Of a stretch of DNA of 49,880 nucleotides, positions 34,714 through 44,837 are shown in pieces. Made by a program: the position numbers and the translations under genes. The DNA lies in contig JAKACA010000003.1 of the NCBI GenBank assembly GCA_021796455.1, positions 1 to 49,880 on the forward strand. The letters run 5' to 3'. The stretch's first letter is position 1. Every line of letters begins with the position of its first letter. The notes under the pieces were generated by a model. That model was not told the DNA's origin and made no database searches. It was given only the letters and a program-made list of their open reading frames with translations. This stretch comes from Actinomycetes bacterium (lineage in GTDB: Bacteria; Actinomycetota; Acidimicrobiia; Acidimicrobiales; Bog-793).

Positions 34714-35578
34714 CAGCCCCGAGCCGCGCGGTTTCCGCTCGGGCTTCGTCGCCCTCATCGGCAGACCCAACGTCGGAAAGTCGACGCTGCTGAACAAGAT
34801 CATCGGGGCCAAGGTCACAATCACCGCGTCCGTCCCCCACACGACCCGCACGAGGGTACGCGCCGTGCTCGATCGCCCTGACGCCCAGGTGGTGTTCCTC
34901 GACACACCGGGAATCCACAAACCCAAGACTGCCCTCGGGACGCGGCTCAACGCCACTGCCTCGCACACAGTCTCCGACGTCGATCTTTGTGTTCTCATGG
35001 TCGAGGCGAACACTCTCATCGGTTCCGGCGACCACTTCATCGCGCACCGGCTGCCCGCGGGAACGATCGTGGCAATCAACAAGACCGACAAGGCCAGCAG
35101 GTCCCAGGTTCTCGAGCACTTGGCCGAAGCCGCATCGGCCCTTGGCATCGCGGACGCCGAGTACTTCCCCATCTCGGCGCGCACGGGTGACGGCGTGCCT
35201 GAGCTGGTGGAGCATCTCGTCAGCCGATTGCCACAAGGTCCCCGCTACTTCCCACCCGGGACCGTGAGCGACGTTCCGGAGGCCTTCTTCGTGGCTGAGC
35301 TCGTGCGCGAGCAACTGATCCGCCACGCCGAGGAGGAGCTCCCGCATTCGATTGCCTGCCGGGTGACAGAGTGGGAGTGGCCGCGTATTCGCTGCGAGAT
35401 CATCGTCGAGCGCGAGTCACAAAAGGGAATCGTCATCGGCAGGGGTGGTGCGGTGCTCAAGGCGACCGGCATTGCCGTGAGAGAGCAGCTCCAGCCCGGC
35501 GCGTATCTGGAGCTATTCGTAAAGGTCGAGAAGTCATGGCAGCGTCGGCCAGAGCTCATCGAGCGGCTGGGCTACTGA
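34706..35578 (+). CDS. era: GTPase Era
   Basis: GRPNVGKSTL, HTTR, DTPG, NKTD, ISA, KH-domain SQKGIVIG; ATG 34706 overlaps the upstream gene end. Confidence 0.96.
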   Translation: MTDSPEPRGFRSGFVALIGRPNVGKSTLLNKIIGAKVTITASVPHTTRTRVRAVLDRPDAQVVFLDTPGIHKPKTALGTRLNATASHTVSDVDLCVLMVEANTLIGSGDHFIAHRLPAGTIVAINKTDKASRSQVLEHLAEAASALGIADAEYFPISARTGDGVPELVEHLVSRLPQGPRYFPPGTVSDVPEAFFVAELVREQLIRHAEEELPHSIACRVTEWEWPRIRCEIIVERESQKGIVIGRGGAVLKATGIAVREQLQPGAYLELFVKVEKSWQRRPELIERLGY

Positions 35579-35583
35579 GGCAG

Positions 35584-37785
35584 TCAGGCAGTTGCTCGGC
35601 CTCGGGACCGTTTGCCGGGAGGCTGGGCGATGGGAGGCTGGGCGATGGGAGGCTGGGCGATGGGAGGCTGGGCGATGGGAGGCTGGGCGATGGGAGGCTG
35701 GGCGATGGGAGGCTGGGCGCCATCGAGGCGTATCGCATCGAGGAAAGCCAGCGCCTCTGCTCGGTCTCTCGTCCGCCGCATCGGCGGGAGCGCCTTTACG
35801 AAGTAGCCGGAATAGCCTGCCGTGGCGAGCCTTCGGTCGAGGACTGCAACGACCCCCCGATCTGTCTCGGTGCGGATAAGCCGCCCGGCACCCTGGGCGA
35901 GCAAGGTGGCTGCTCGCGGCAGATCGACTACGCGAAAGCCCATGGCCCCAGCTGCCTCCCGCCTCGCCGCGAGCAGCGGCTCGTCGGGTCTCGGAAACGG
36001 TAGACGGTCGATGACCACGAGCGAGAGGGTCGGGCCAGGCACGTCCACCCCCTGCCAGAAACCCATGGTCGCGAAGAGACAGGCGGAGTCCTCGGAGCTG
36101 AACGCGCGCAGCAACGCCGGCTTGGGAAGGTCACCCTGCACGTGAACGGGCCAAGGCACGCGATCTTTGAGCTCCGCGGCGGCGGCCTCCATTGCCCGGT
36201 AGCTTGTGAACAGCGCGAGCGTGCGGCCGCCCGCGGCAACGATGAGCGCTTCGAGCTCGTCGTGGACTGCATCCTCCCACCCGGCTTGGCGCCGATCCGG
36301 CAGCTGCACGGCGCAGTACAAAAGGCCATGGTTGGCGTAGTCGAACGGGCTTCCCACATCCAGCTCGGTGACGCGGTCGGGGCTCGCTCCCAGTCGCCTT
36401 GCAAGACCGGGAGCAAGCGTCGCGCTCGTAAGGACGACGGGCATCTCGGCGAACAGCTGCCGGGACAGCAGGGAGCTGACATCGAGCGGAGCGGACCGGA
36501 GCGACTGATGCTCCCCACCGGTCACCCAGACCACCTCGTCGAAGCTCGAGCGGCCGGCCGAGACGCACGACTCCAGTTCCTCCCGGCACCGCTCGACAGC
36601 CAGGAGTGCTCTGAGCGCCCGTTGCGAGGCGTCCACTGACGCTGACGATCCCGGCGGATCCGCGGACGATGAGCTCCGCCGGAGCTCTCGCTCCAGCTGC
36701 GCGAGGCACGACACGACGAGTGCGACAGCTCCACCGATGTCGTCGCCCAGACCAGGTGGAAGGCGCCGATCCGGAGAGGTTGCCAGCACGGCCTCGAAAC
36801 GCGCCGCCGCTTTGAGGAGAGCCTCGACTGGCCCCGCTGGGGAGTCGGGCTGGTCAGGCACGGTACCTCGTGCTGCTCGGCGCGGCGCATTCGACCCTGC
36901 GCCGCCGGCCACATCCAAAGCTTGGCGCGCGGCCGAGGCAAGCCTGCGGATACGGCCGGGGCTGACATCGGCTCCGACGCACTCAGCTACGACGTCCTCG
37001 AGCTGGTGCGCTTCGTCGACTATGAGCGCCCCGTGCGGGGGAAGCACTGCGCCACCGCTGCGCAGGTCAGCACCGAGCAGATGAAGGTTGACTACTACGA
37101 CATCTGCCTCCTCTGCTTTGGTCCGGGCGCGCTCGGCGAGGCAGTCGGAACCTGAAGGGCAACGATGAGCGCCCGGACACTCGTCGGAGCCAACACTTAC
37201 GGCTGACCAAGCGGTCCTATGAGGCTCGAAGTCGAGCTCGGCACGATCGCCTGACTCCGTCTTCTGTGACCATCGCACGAGACGGGCGACCTCGTCGGCC
37301 AGAGACGCCCGTGCGCCTCCTCGTGCGCCCGTCTCGTCGAGACCCTCGAGGTGCGCCTGCCGACCGGCTTGCTCGATCTCGGCAAGCCGCTGGCGACAAA
37401 CGTAGTTACCGCGGCCCTTGAGCACTGCCCAGCGGAGCGGTCTGCCGAGCTTCATGGCCCTGGCCAGAAGGGGCAGATCCTTCGTCGCGAGTTGGTCCTG
37501 AAGGGCTTTTGTCGCCGTCGCCACCACGACACACTTGCGGGAGAGAACGGCAGGGACGAGGTAAGCAAACGACTTGCCCGTACCTGTCCCTGCGGCCACG
37601 GCGGCCACGGCGACATGACAAGGATCGACGCGCTGAACTGCGCCTGGCGCGTCCTGCTCCAGCTTCAGGGCAGACAGGCACTGGGCCACCGCTTCGGCCA
37701 TCGCCTGCTGGCCGGGACGGACCTGACCGCCCGGAAGCTCGGCGACTACCCGTGCCAGCTGGTCGGTAACGGTCATTGCGGACAC
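35584..37785 (-). CDS. dinG: DinG/YoaA-family Fe-S DNA helicase
   Basis: RPGQQAM, AGTGTGKS, four Cys (YVC, ECP, RCP, DCL), DEAH, TSATL, LFTSY, WQGVDV, QGAGRLIR. Start GTG 37785 (TAGCGT 7 nt upstream) or ATG 37776. Confidence 0.9.
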   Translation of the reverse strand: MSAMTVTDQLARVVAELPGGQVRPGQQAMAEAVAQCLSALKLEQDAPGAVQRVDPCHVAVAAVAAGTGTGKSFAYLVPAVLSRKCVVVATATKALQDQLATKDLPLLARAMKLGRPLRWAVLKGRGNYVCRQRLAEIEQAGRQAHLEGLDETGARGGARASLADEVARLVRWSQKTESGDRAELDFEPHRTAWSAVSVGSDECPGAHRCPSGSDCLAERARTKAEEADVVVVNLHLLGADLRSGGAVLPPHGALIVDEAHQLEDVVAECVGADVSPGRIRRLASAARQALDVAGGAGSNAPRRAARGTVPDQPDSPAGPVEALLKAAARFEAVLATSPDRRLPPGLGDDIGGAVALVVSCLAQLERELRRSSSSADPPGSSASVDASQRALRALLAVERCREELESCVSAGRSSFDEVVWVTGGEHQSLRSAPLDVSSLLSRQLFAEMPVVLTSATLAPGLARRLGASPDRVTELDVGSPFDYANHGLLYCAVQLPDRRQAGWEDAVHDELEALIVAAGGRTLALFTSYRAMEAAAAELKDRVPWPVHVQGDLPKPALLRAFSSEDSACLFATMGFWQGVDVPGPTLSLVVIDRLPFPRPDEPLLAARREAAGAMGFRVVDLPRAATLLAQGAGRLIRTETDRGVVAVLDRRLATAGYSGYFVKALPPMRRTRDRAEALAFLDAIRLDGAQPPIAQPPIAQPPIAQPPIAQPPIAQPPIAQPPGKRSRGRATA
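35617..35719 (-). repeat. Perfect 15-bp tandem array x6.9 encoding (AQPPI)n at the DinG C-terminus
   Basis: gggaggctgggcgat units starting 35617, 35632, 35647, 35662, 35677, 35692, plus 13 nt from 35707. Confidence 0.97.
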
Positions 37786-37993
37786 GGCAGAGACGCTAGT
37801 GAGCATCGGGTGCTACGGGCGACAACGCGCCTTGGTCAGCGAACCTCGTGCCCAAAGCGCGCCAGGACGGCCTGTTGGGTCACTGTGCGCACAAGGTTGG
37901 CCTATGCGGCACTCCCCTTCCCGTGGGAACGTCGGTGGCTGTAACCACCGTCGCACACAATGCGGCCGGTCGTAGTCGCGCCCAGACGGATCG

Positions 37994-38032
37994 AGGCACG
38001 AGCCGCCGCTTCGAGCCCAGGTACTTGATCAC
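37994..38032 (-). pseudogene. 5' remnant of a Dam/FokI-like (D12 class) N6-adenine DNA methyltransferase
   Basis: GTG ATC AAG TAC CTG GGC TCG AAG CGG CGG CTC GTG CCT = MIKYLGSKRRLVP, overlapping the addA stop (GTGA); the frame loses similarity and stops at 37880. Confidence 0.6.
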
Positions 38033-41000
38033 AGCGCTGCCCCCACCACCGCTCGAACCCTCTCGATCACAGCCGCCAGATCCGGCACCTCGAACTCCAC
38101 CGGCCGGCCGGGCGGGGCGAGAAACACGAGGACGCACCGCCGGATCGGCAGACCAGTGGCGTCATGCAGCGCCAGGGCGTACGCCGCGGCTTGCAATGAG
38201 TATCTCTCGCTCGACTCCTCGACTTCGACCAGGTCGCGCACCGCGTCCGTCTTGTAGTCGACAACGGTGAGGCCGTCTCCATCCTCGAAACAGAGATCCA
38301 CATAGCCGTCCAGCACTTTGCCCCCTACCGGAGCAGCTACGTAGATCTCGCGGCGAAGTCGCTCGCCGGCAAAGGCGGCTTTGACTGTCGGGCTCCGCAG
38401 AGCTGCCGCAACCAGCGCCTCGACTTCCACAGCGCGGGTGGCGATGTGCTCGACACGAGCCTGAGCCGCGGCGATCTCGCTCAGCTCAGTGCCTGCGGCA
38501 AGTCCGAGACCGATACGCCGCGCGGTCTCCCTTCCTATGCGCTGGAGGGTTCCGTGGACGGCGCGACCCAGCTGTGTGCCACCCTTGCCACGGGGCTGCG
38601 CTCTGTCCGGTGCATCAGTCCCGTCTCCAATCTCGACCGCGGAGCTGGGCAACTCCCCATCGGACAAGGACAAGTGAGCAGACCACCGGAGCCCTGCTAG
38701 CTGCGCAACCTCAGTCGCCCTCACGCTCTGTCTCCGACCTATCTGATTCAGCAGCTCGGCACGCTCGCTGCGCCAGCTGTTCCAGTTCTCTACGGATGGC
38801 GGTGCGACGGGGTCGCCTTGGCCAGCGTGTCCTCTCTCGGGTTGGGCTGAACCGGCCAGCTCGTCTTCTGGCCAAGTTGGGAGTTGCGCTCCCCGGTCTG
38901 GCCGTCCGGAGGGGTCTGGCCGTCCGGAGGGGTCTGGCCGTCCGGAGGGGTCCCACTGCATCCAGAGGTCCGGATGCCGCTGCAGAGCTCTGGTCGCTTC
39001 GGAGACCAGCTGTCCACCAACACTTCCGCGGCGACTCCCGGCGTCCGCGCCCGTGGAAGCGACAGGAGCTGAGGGGGCTAGGTGATGCGCGCACACAATC
39101 AGGTAGTCGCGCGCCCGTGTGGCCGCGACGTAGAGCAACCGGAGCTCCTCGGCCTCCTCGAGGGCAGTCTCAGATTCCTTCAGCAAGCCATAGCCTGACG
39201 TCTGCAGATCTGCCCTCAGGTACACCTCGGACCCGCCACTGCTAGTTCTCATGACCTTGCGCCCGCCGGCGCGTCGCGCGACACCTGTGGTACCGAAACC
39301 GGCGAGCACGGTAATCGGAAACTCAAGCCCCTTGGCAGCATGCACGGTGAGGATGTGCACCACGTCCTCGTCTGGCTCGGGCAGGATCGACTCGACAACG
39401 CGGAGTCCCTCTGACAGCTGCTCTTCCACCCAATCGGCAAACTCCAGCAAACCGCCTCCACCGCCCGCGACAAAGGCACGGGCCCTCTCGACAAGGAAAC
39501 GAACCCTCCTCCAGGACTCGCGCGCCCCCGGGGATCCGGCCGCCAGCTGAAGCAAACGGCGGTCACGGATCGCTTCCTCGAGCACGGCTACGGGGCCGAG
39601 CTCGAAGCGCCGAGATCGGTAGCGCGCCAGCGTCGCAAGAGCCTCGCGGACAACGGTGCCAGAGATCGCACTGGTGCAGCCATCTCCGCTCGTGGCAGCT
39701 TCGACGCCCTCTGCCGCGTCGTCGTCTCCGGTCACCCGCCGAGGGGCTAGGTCCAAGGACCACTGCCCGCCGCCGGCAACGAACTCGTAGAGCTCGTCAT
39801 CGCGGCACGCGAAAGCGGGCGAGCGCAGGACCGCGAGAAGTGCCACGGTATCGGATGGGTCGCCGAGAACTCGGCAGAGGGCGAGAAGATCTCGGACCTG
39901 CTGGCTGCGAAAGACAAGGGAGGCGCTCTCGACCCGATAGCCGATGCCAGCCGAGTCGAGGGCCGCCTCAAGCTCCTCGAGGCCAGTTCGTCTCGGCACG
40001 AGAATTGCGACGTCGGACATCCGAGCAGGTCGGCGATCAGCTCCGTCTCCGACGAGCCAGCCTTCCACCCTTACGGCACGATCGATGGCAGCCGCGCACG
40101 CGTCCGACTCGATCATGCGCTGCTCACTCCGCCTGAACGAGCCGTCGAGAGCGCCACCAAGGAGCCGCACGGGCGGCTCCTTGGCTCCACGCGCCCTCAC
40201 GGCCCGCAAAGGACTATAAGCACCTCCGAGGAGCGGGGCGAGGCACTCGTTGATGAAGTCACAGATGCCCGGAACCGACCGGAAATTGGACGTCAGTGCG
40301 ATCGGCCCGTTCTCTGCAAAGCGGTCGCGCGCGAGCTCGTAGGCAGCCAGATCGGCACCACGGAAGTGGTAGATCGACTGCTTCGGATCTCCGACGAAGA
40401 ACAACCGTCCGTGTCCCTCCCGCGCCGGCCGGGGGCCCTCTTCCAGGTGGGCACTCTGCCCGTAGGAGCCATCGGCGCCGATCATCGCGGCAATCTCGAG
40501 CTGCAGTGGATCGGTATCCTGGAACTCGTCGATGAGAAGGTAGCGGATCCGTCGCCTGACTCTTGCGAGAACCTCCGGATCCTGCCGGAGCAGATCTCTC
40601 GCGAGGACGATGAGGTCATGGAACACAAGCGTTCCGGCTTCTTGGCGCGAGCGGGCCCATCGGCGAGCAGCGCCGTCAAAGATCGCCAGCAGCGCCCGTA
40701 GCACTAGATCGGTGACTGCGGACATGGCCTGCGCCTGCGCGTCCTCGGCGGCTTTGAGGCAGCTCCGCACGAGGGCGATATCACATGCCCATGCACCCTT
40801 TTGCCCAAGCCGGCTCGCCTTTAGGGACTGCCGGCTCGAAGCAAGCGCCGCCAGTCTCCGATCCCAGCCACCCTGGTGCCCGGGCGCGCCTGGCGACGAC
40901 AAGACACGCGAGAGACCGTCCAGCTCTCCCAGCCTCGCGAGCAGCCTGTCAGAAGGATCCAGGCAGTACCCTTGCATTGCCAGTGCTTGCTCGAGCCCTG

Positions 41001-41658
41001 AGGCGACGGCACCGCACCCCTCTTCGACCAACCGTGCGATGTCAAGGAGAATCGAGGGGGCGTCGACCTCCGTCTCCGCGCAGCGATCCCACGCCTCTGC
41101 CGCCTCTCGGGCCAGGAGATGCAGGTGCGCTGGGGTGATGCCGATCGTCGCGGCCGCGCCGAACAGGCCGCGCATGGCCTCGTCGTCTCCGAGCCGGTCG
41201 AGAAGGCTCGACCACTCGGCACGCCAGAATAGGCCCTGGCGCACCTCATCGAGCACTTCGATCCGAGGTGGCAGGCCCGCCTCGATAGGGTGCTCAGCCA
41301 GCAGACGCTGACAAAAGCCGTGGATTGTCGTGATCATCGCCTCGTCGAGGTGATCGAGAGCATCCTGGAGACGGCGCGACGCCGACTCATCGGACTCCAT
41401 CAAAGCCATTTCCGCGCCGAGCGCACCTCGCAGGCGGAGCTTCAGCTCCATCGATGACGCCTCGGTGAAAGTGATCGCAGCGATCCCATCGAGGTCACAG
41501 GCACCGGTCCTGATTATCTCGACGATGCGCGCAATGAGAGAGGACGTCTTGCCCGACCCGGCTCCCGCCTCTACGAAGAGAGTCGTGTCAAGCTTGCGGG
41601 CGATCATCTCGCGAGCTGCCTCCTCGCTAAGCGCTGCGTGTCGCCGGGGGACCGTCAT
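38029..41658 (-). CDS. addA: AddA/RecB-like UvrD helicase with C-terminal PD-(D/E)xK nuclease
   Basis: AGAGSGKT, IDEFQDT, VGDPKQSIYHFRGAD, NFRS, TVHAAKGLEF, LYVAATRAR, GYVD...VVDYKT, QAAAY; ATG 41658 overlaps the upstream stop (ATGA). Confidence 0.88.
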   Translation of the reverse strand: MTVPRRHAALSEEAAREMIARKLDTTLFVEAGAGSGKTSSLIARIVEIIRTGACDLDGIAAITFTEASSMELKLRLRGALGAEMALMESDESASRRLQDALDHLDEAMITTIHGFCQRLLAEHPIEAGLPPRIEVLDEVRQGLFWRAEWSSLLDRLGDDEAMRGLFGAAATIGITPAHLHLLAREAAEAWDRCAETEVDAPSILLDIARLVEEGCGAVASGLEQALAMQGYCLDPSDRLLARLGELDGLSRVLSSPGAPGHQGGWDRRLAALASSRQSLKASRLGQKGAWACDIALVRSCLKAAEDAQAQAMSAVTDLVLRALLAIFDGAARRWARSRQEAGTLVFHDLIVLARDLLRQDPEVLARVRRRIRYLLIDEFQDTDPLQLEIAAMIGADGSYGQSAHLEEGPRPAREGHGRLFFVGDPKQSIYHFRGADLAAYELARDRFAENGPIALTSNFRSVPGICDFINECLAPLLGGAYSPLRAVRARGAKEPPVRLLGGALDGSFRRSEQRMIESDACAAAIDRAVRVEGWLVGDGADRRPARMSDVAILVPRRTGLEELEAALDSAGIGYRVESASLVFRSQQVRDLLALCRVLGDPSDTVALLAVLRSPAFACRDDELYEFVAGGGQWSLDLAPRRVTGDDDAAEGVEAATSGDGCTSAISGTVVREALATLARYRSRRFELGPVAVLEEAIRDRRLLQLAAGSPGARESWRRVRFLVERARAFVAGGGGGLLEFADWVEEQLSEGLRVVESILPEPDEDVVHILTVHAAKGLEFPITVLAGFGTTGVARRAGGRKVMRTSSGGSEVYLRADLQTSGYGLLKESETALEEAEELRLLYVAATRARDYLIVCAHHLAPSAPVASTGADAGSRRGSVGGQLVSEATRALQRHPDLWMQWDPSGRPDPSGRPDPSGRPDRGAQLPTWPEDELAGSAQPERGHAGQGDPVAPPSVENWNSWRSERAELLNQIGRRQSVRATEVAQLAGLRWSAHLSLSDGELPSSAVEIGDGTDAPDRAQPRGKGGTQLGRAVHGTLQRIGRETARRIGLGLAAGTELSEIAAAQARVEHIATRAVEVEALVAAALRSPTVKAAFAGERLRREIYVAAPVGGKVLDGYVDLCFEDGDGLTVVDYKTDAVRDLVEVEESSERYSLQAAAYALALHDATGLPIRRCVLVFLAPPGRPVEFEVPDLAAVIERVRAVVGAAL
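38895..38952 (-). repeat. In-frame 18-bp tandem repeat x3.2 (PDPSGR) in the AddA helicase-nuclease linker
   Basis: ggtctggccgtccggagg at 38895, 38913 and 38931. Confidence 0.93.
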
Positions 41659-44600
41659 CGGACCTGCTCCGTGACGAGCTTGGTGTAATCGGCCATCCGA
41701 GTGTCGGTGCGTGCTCGTTCCCACAGATCCGCCCGATCCGTAGTGCACAGGGAGTCGAAGTCGCAGTAGCGACAGTTCCGATACGTTGAACCATGTTCCG
41801 CAGCGCCGGGCCGGGGCGGGAAGCAGCCCGCCTCGATCGTCGAGACCAGGGTGGTCAGCACACCCCCAAGAGCGCTCTCCAGCTCCTCGTCGAGCTCGAC
41901 TTGTATCACGGCATAGTCGGCGTCCGACTGCATGAATCGGTACTCGGCCCGTACCGGCTCACGACCCGTGACCTCTGCCGAGAGAACCTCTCTAGCCACT
42001 TTTGCATAGAGCGGAAGCTGCAAGTGACTACCACGCCCCAGGGGCTCTCTCGAGATATCGCTGTAACCCTCTTTGCCCCCGCTCTTGTAGTCGACGACTA
42101 CGAGCCTGCCGCTATCGGTCAGGTCGACGCGGTCTATTCGGCCGCGAAACCTCACTGATCGGCCCGCAATTTGTTCAACTGCCGGTCGACCTTCTCGGCC
42201 AAAGTCAAGCTCGAGACGCAGTGGCATACGCCCCGCCGTGATGCAGTGCGAGACGTCGCTCTCGACGTACCGCTCCAGATCCGCGAGTATGCGACCGCGC
42301 TCGCCGGCCCAGAAGAGGGCCTTGCCTGTGCGGCCTAGCTGCTCGAGCTGCTCGAACTGCACCATCGCGAGCTTTCCGAGGCGTTCCCGGGAGCTGTCGT
42401 CGAATGGCACCAGCGAGCCGTGCTCGATCGCGAGAGCAAAGAAACCCTCGAGCACGCGGTGCATGAGCGTGCCGCGCTCTCGAGGATCGAGCGTGATCAG
42501 TAGCTCGGGCGCTTCGAGCTTGCTCGCGCCGAGCCTGTCGTCTAGGAAGAAACGGAACGGACAGGCTGCAAAGCTCTCGAGTCCGCTGACAGAGAACACC
42601 TGGTCGCGGACCTCGCCAGCGACGTCGGTGGACCCGCCGGCTCCAGAGGGCCGGACCGCTCCAGAGGCTCCAGGTGGCCCGGCCGCCGGCACATAGCCGG
42701 CAAACGGGTTGAGACCGTTCGCGAGGCGCCCAGCCACTGACGAGCGCCGGCGCCGGTAGTCGGCATCTACTGTCTCCAACCAGCCGGGCTTCTGCTGTCT
42801 GCCAGCTGCCAGAAGCCACGCGAGCTCGAGGTCGCTTTGATCGCTTGCGGGGCTGGAGCCTTCCACCACACGCTGGATCGAGGCGGTGAACGAGGGCACC
42901 TCGACTTCCTCGCCCGGGCAGAGATCGGCATTCCAACGAGACGGGTACGCTGCCCTCCCGGCCTGCACGTCGATGCGGGCGAACGATGCCCGTGTCCTGG
43001 CAGCAGCCGAAACGGCCCAGGCCAGATGGCGCCTCGCCAGCTCATCTGCGCTCTCGCGGACGGCGAGTCCGGCTATACCGAGTCGCTCGGCCGGGGAGAG
43101 AAGAGGGTCGTCGACGCTTCGCGACGGCAGCTCGCCCTCCCTGCATCCAAGTATCAGCAGAAGGTCGCAGCTGGCTCCGGCCACTGACCTGAGCGTCCCG
43201 ATCACTGGTCCGACGCCGTAGCGACCGTGGTCCCCGGACGGTCGCTCCAGAGCGACCCCTACTGCGAGGGAGAATCGGCGCAGACGCTCAGCCTGTGCCA
43301 GACCATCCAGCGGATCCACGCTGTCGAGCTGCTCGAGGTCGCCCAAAGCCTCGGTGAGCACCCGCCGGTCATCGTCAGGTTCCAGAACCTCCTCGAGGGC
43401 CTCAGCTGCCCAGGCGCAAAGCTCACGCCATGTCCGTGCCGCAGCAGCCGCGGAGGTCAAATGATGTAGACGCTCCACCAGCTCGAGCAGGTCGCCGGCT
43501 ACGAGCGAGCTCTCGTTCGCCGGCTGGGCCTCGGCATGGGTCGTGCGGGCCATGTAGGAGCGCAGCCTGCCACGCCACTGCTCGATGCCACTCACCACAC
43601 CGGAAAGCCGCGAGCACCGATCCCAGGCCGCAACGGGTAGCGCTCCAAGGGCCTCCACAGAAGCTAGAGCCCGCGTCAAGCCATGACCGCAGCGGACAGG
43701 CCCGCTCGACAACCAGGCAAAGACCTGCCTACGGTCGAGCTCGAGCCCTGCCGGCACCGGGCTCGAGAGAGCCACCAGCCCGAGGAGAAGCCGCCCGTGA
43801 GGAGCACCACCCAGTGGTCGCGTAGGACCACCGCTGTAGGGAATCCCCGCCACTCTCAGTTGCTCGGTGACGCGGAGCCCATAGCTCGCGGAGCGCTCTC
43901 CATCGGGGTAGGTGACTATGCAGCGCCCGAGATCTCCCCCTGCCTGCGCGTGAGCGACAAGCCGACGAACGGCCTCTCGCACCTCGACATCCGCGTCCGG
44001 TGCGGAGAGCAAGGCCTCAAGGACCGCAGGTGCGAAAGTGCCACCCGCCACCGGCTCCGACAACTCGGTGCCGTCGATAGCCAGATCCGAGCTCCCCGTC
44101 TCGCTCTCGCCAAAGCAGTCCTCCAGCTGTCGCAGGAACCGAACCGAGGACCGATCCGCCAGCTCGTCGCGTGTCCTTCCCACAAGGGCAACGACGTCGA
44201 GTCGGCGGGCGAGATGCCCGAGCAGATCGATCTCCATCGGGCGCAGAGGATCTGGAAGGTAGGCAATCACGCTCCCAAGCTCGCCGAGGTCCCCTGCCGC
44301 CTCGGGGTTGCCAAGCCACGTGCAAGCGGCCTCCACCAGTCGGGCATCGTCATAGAACCCAGGCTCGAGCAGCTCTCGCATGCGAAGCGTCAGCGCTACC
44401 ACGGCGGCGGCGCGCGCGCTCGACGCGCGAAGGTGACCCAGCTCGGTCTCGCCAACCCAGCGCAGATCGGTGTAGGTGGCAGCCAGGCTCGCTTCTGTGG
44501 TCGGATGGCTCGCGACCGGCGCAAAGGGACCGGGGATCTCGCTCAGGGCCACGCGCGCCGCCGCGCGCAGGGCGACCTGGCTGAGCGGCCGGCGCCCGCC

Positions 44601-44837
44601 GGCGGCGGCATCCCTGCCACCGAGCTGGCCGACGAGGACCTGCAGTGAAGCGATCCTCACGGCCGCGTACGCTCGCTCCTCGGCCAGTCGGCGCCTCAGC
44701 CGGAGCCCGACGATGGAGCTGCGCACCACCACGAAGACGGGAGCCAGGCGATCGCCGGCTTGGATGGCGCGAATCTCGGCGGCCAGCAGGTCTTCGGAGC
44801 GAGCACCTGGCCCAACCCGCTCGATCCGCCCTGCCAC
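41655..44837 (-). CDS. addB: AddB/RexB-like subunit with Fe-S-stapled PD-(D/E)xK nuclease
   Basis: No Walker A; SVSGLESFAACPFRFF, RGTLMHRVLE, GRIDRVD, VVDYKSG, QLPLY, CRYCDFDSLC. Start GTG 44837 inferred from TACGAT 7 nt upstream. Confidence 0.8.
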   Translation of the reverse strand: MAGRIERVGPGARSEDLLAAEIRAIQAGDRLAPVFVVVRSSIVGLRLRRRLAEERAYAAVRIASLQVLVGQLGGRDAAAGGRRPLSQVALRAAARVALSEIPGPFAPVASHPTTEASLAATYTDLRWVGETELGHLRASSARAAAVVALTLRMRELLEPGFYDDARLVEAACTWLGNPEAAGDLGELGSVIAYLPDPLRPMEIDLLGHLARRLDVVALVGRTRDELADRSSVRFLRQLEDCFGESETGSSDLAIDGTELSEPVAGGTFAPAVLEALLSAPDADVEVREAVRRLVAHAQAGGDLGRCIVTYPDGERSASYGLRVTEQLRVAGIPYSGGPTRPLGGAPHGRLLLGLVALSSPVPAGLELDRRQVFAWLSSGPVRCGHGLTRALASVEALGALPVAAWDRCSRLSGVVSGIEQWRGRLRSYMARTTHAEAQPANESSLVAGDLLELVERLHHLTSAAAAARTWRELCAWAAEALEEVLEPDDDRRVLTEALGDLEQLDSVDPLDGLAQAERLRRFSLAVGVALERPSGDHGRYGVGPVIGTLRSVAGASCDLLLILGCREGELPSRSVDDPLLSPAERLGIAGLAVRESADELARRHLAWAVSAAARTRASFARIDVQAGRAAYPSRWNADLCPGEEVEVPSFTASIQRVVEGSSPASDQSDLELAWLLAAGRQQKPGWLETVDADYRRRRSSVAGRLANGLNPFAGYVPAAGPPGASGAVRPSGAGGSTDVAGEVRDQVFSVSGLESFAACPFRFFLDDRLGASKLEAPELLITLDPRERGTLMHRVLEGFFALAIEHGSLVPFDDSSRERLGKLAMVQFEQLEQLGRTGKALFWAGERGRILADLERYVESDVSHCITAGRMPLRLELDFGREGRPAVEQIAGRSVRFRGRIDRVDLTDSGRLVVVDYKSGGKEGYSDISREPLGRGSHLQLPLYAKVAREVLSAEVTGREPVRAEYRFMQSDADYAVIQVELDEELESALGGVLTTLVSTIEAGCFPPRPGAAEHGSTYRNCRYCDFDSLCTTDRADLWERARTDTRMADYTKLVTEQVR

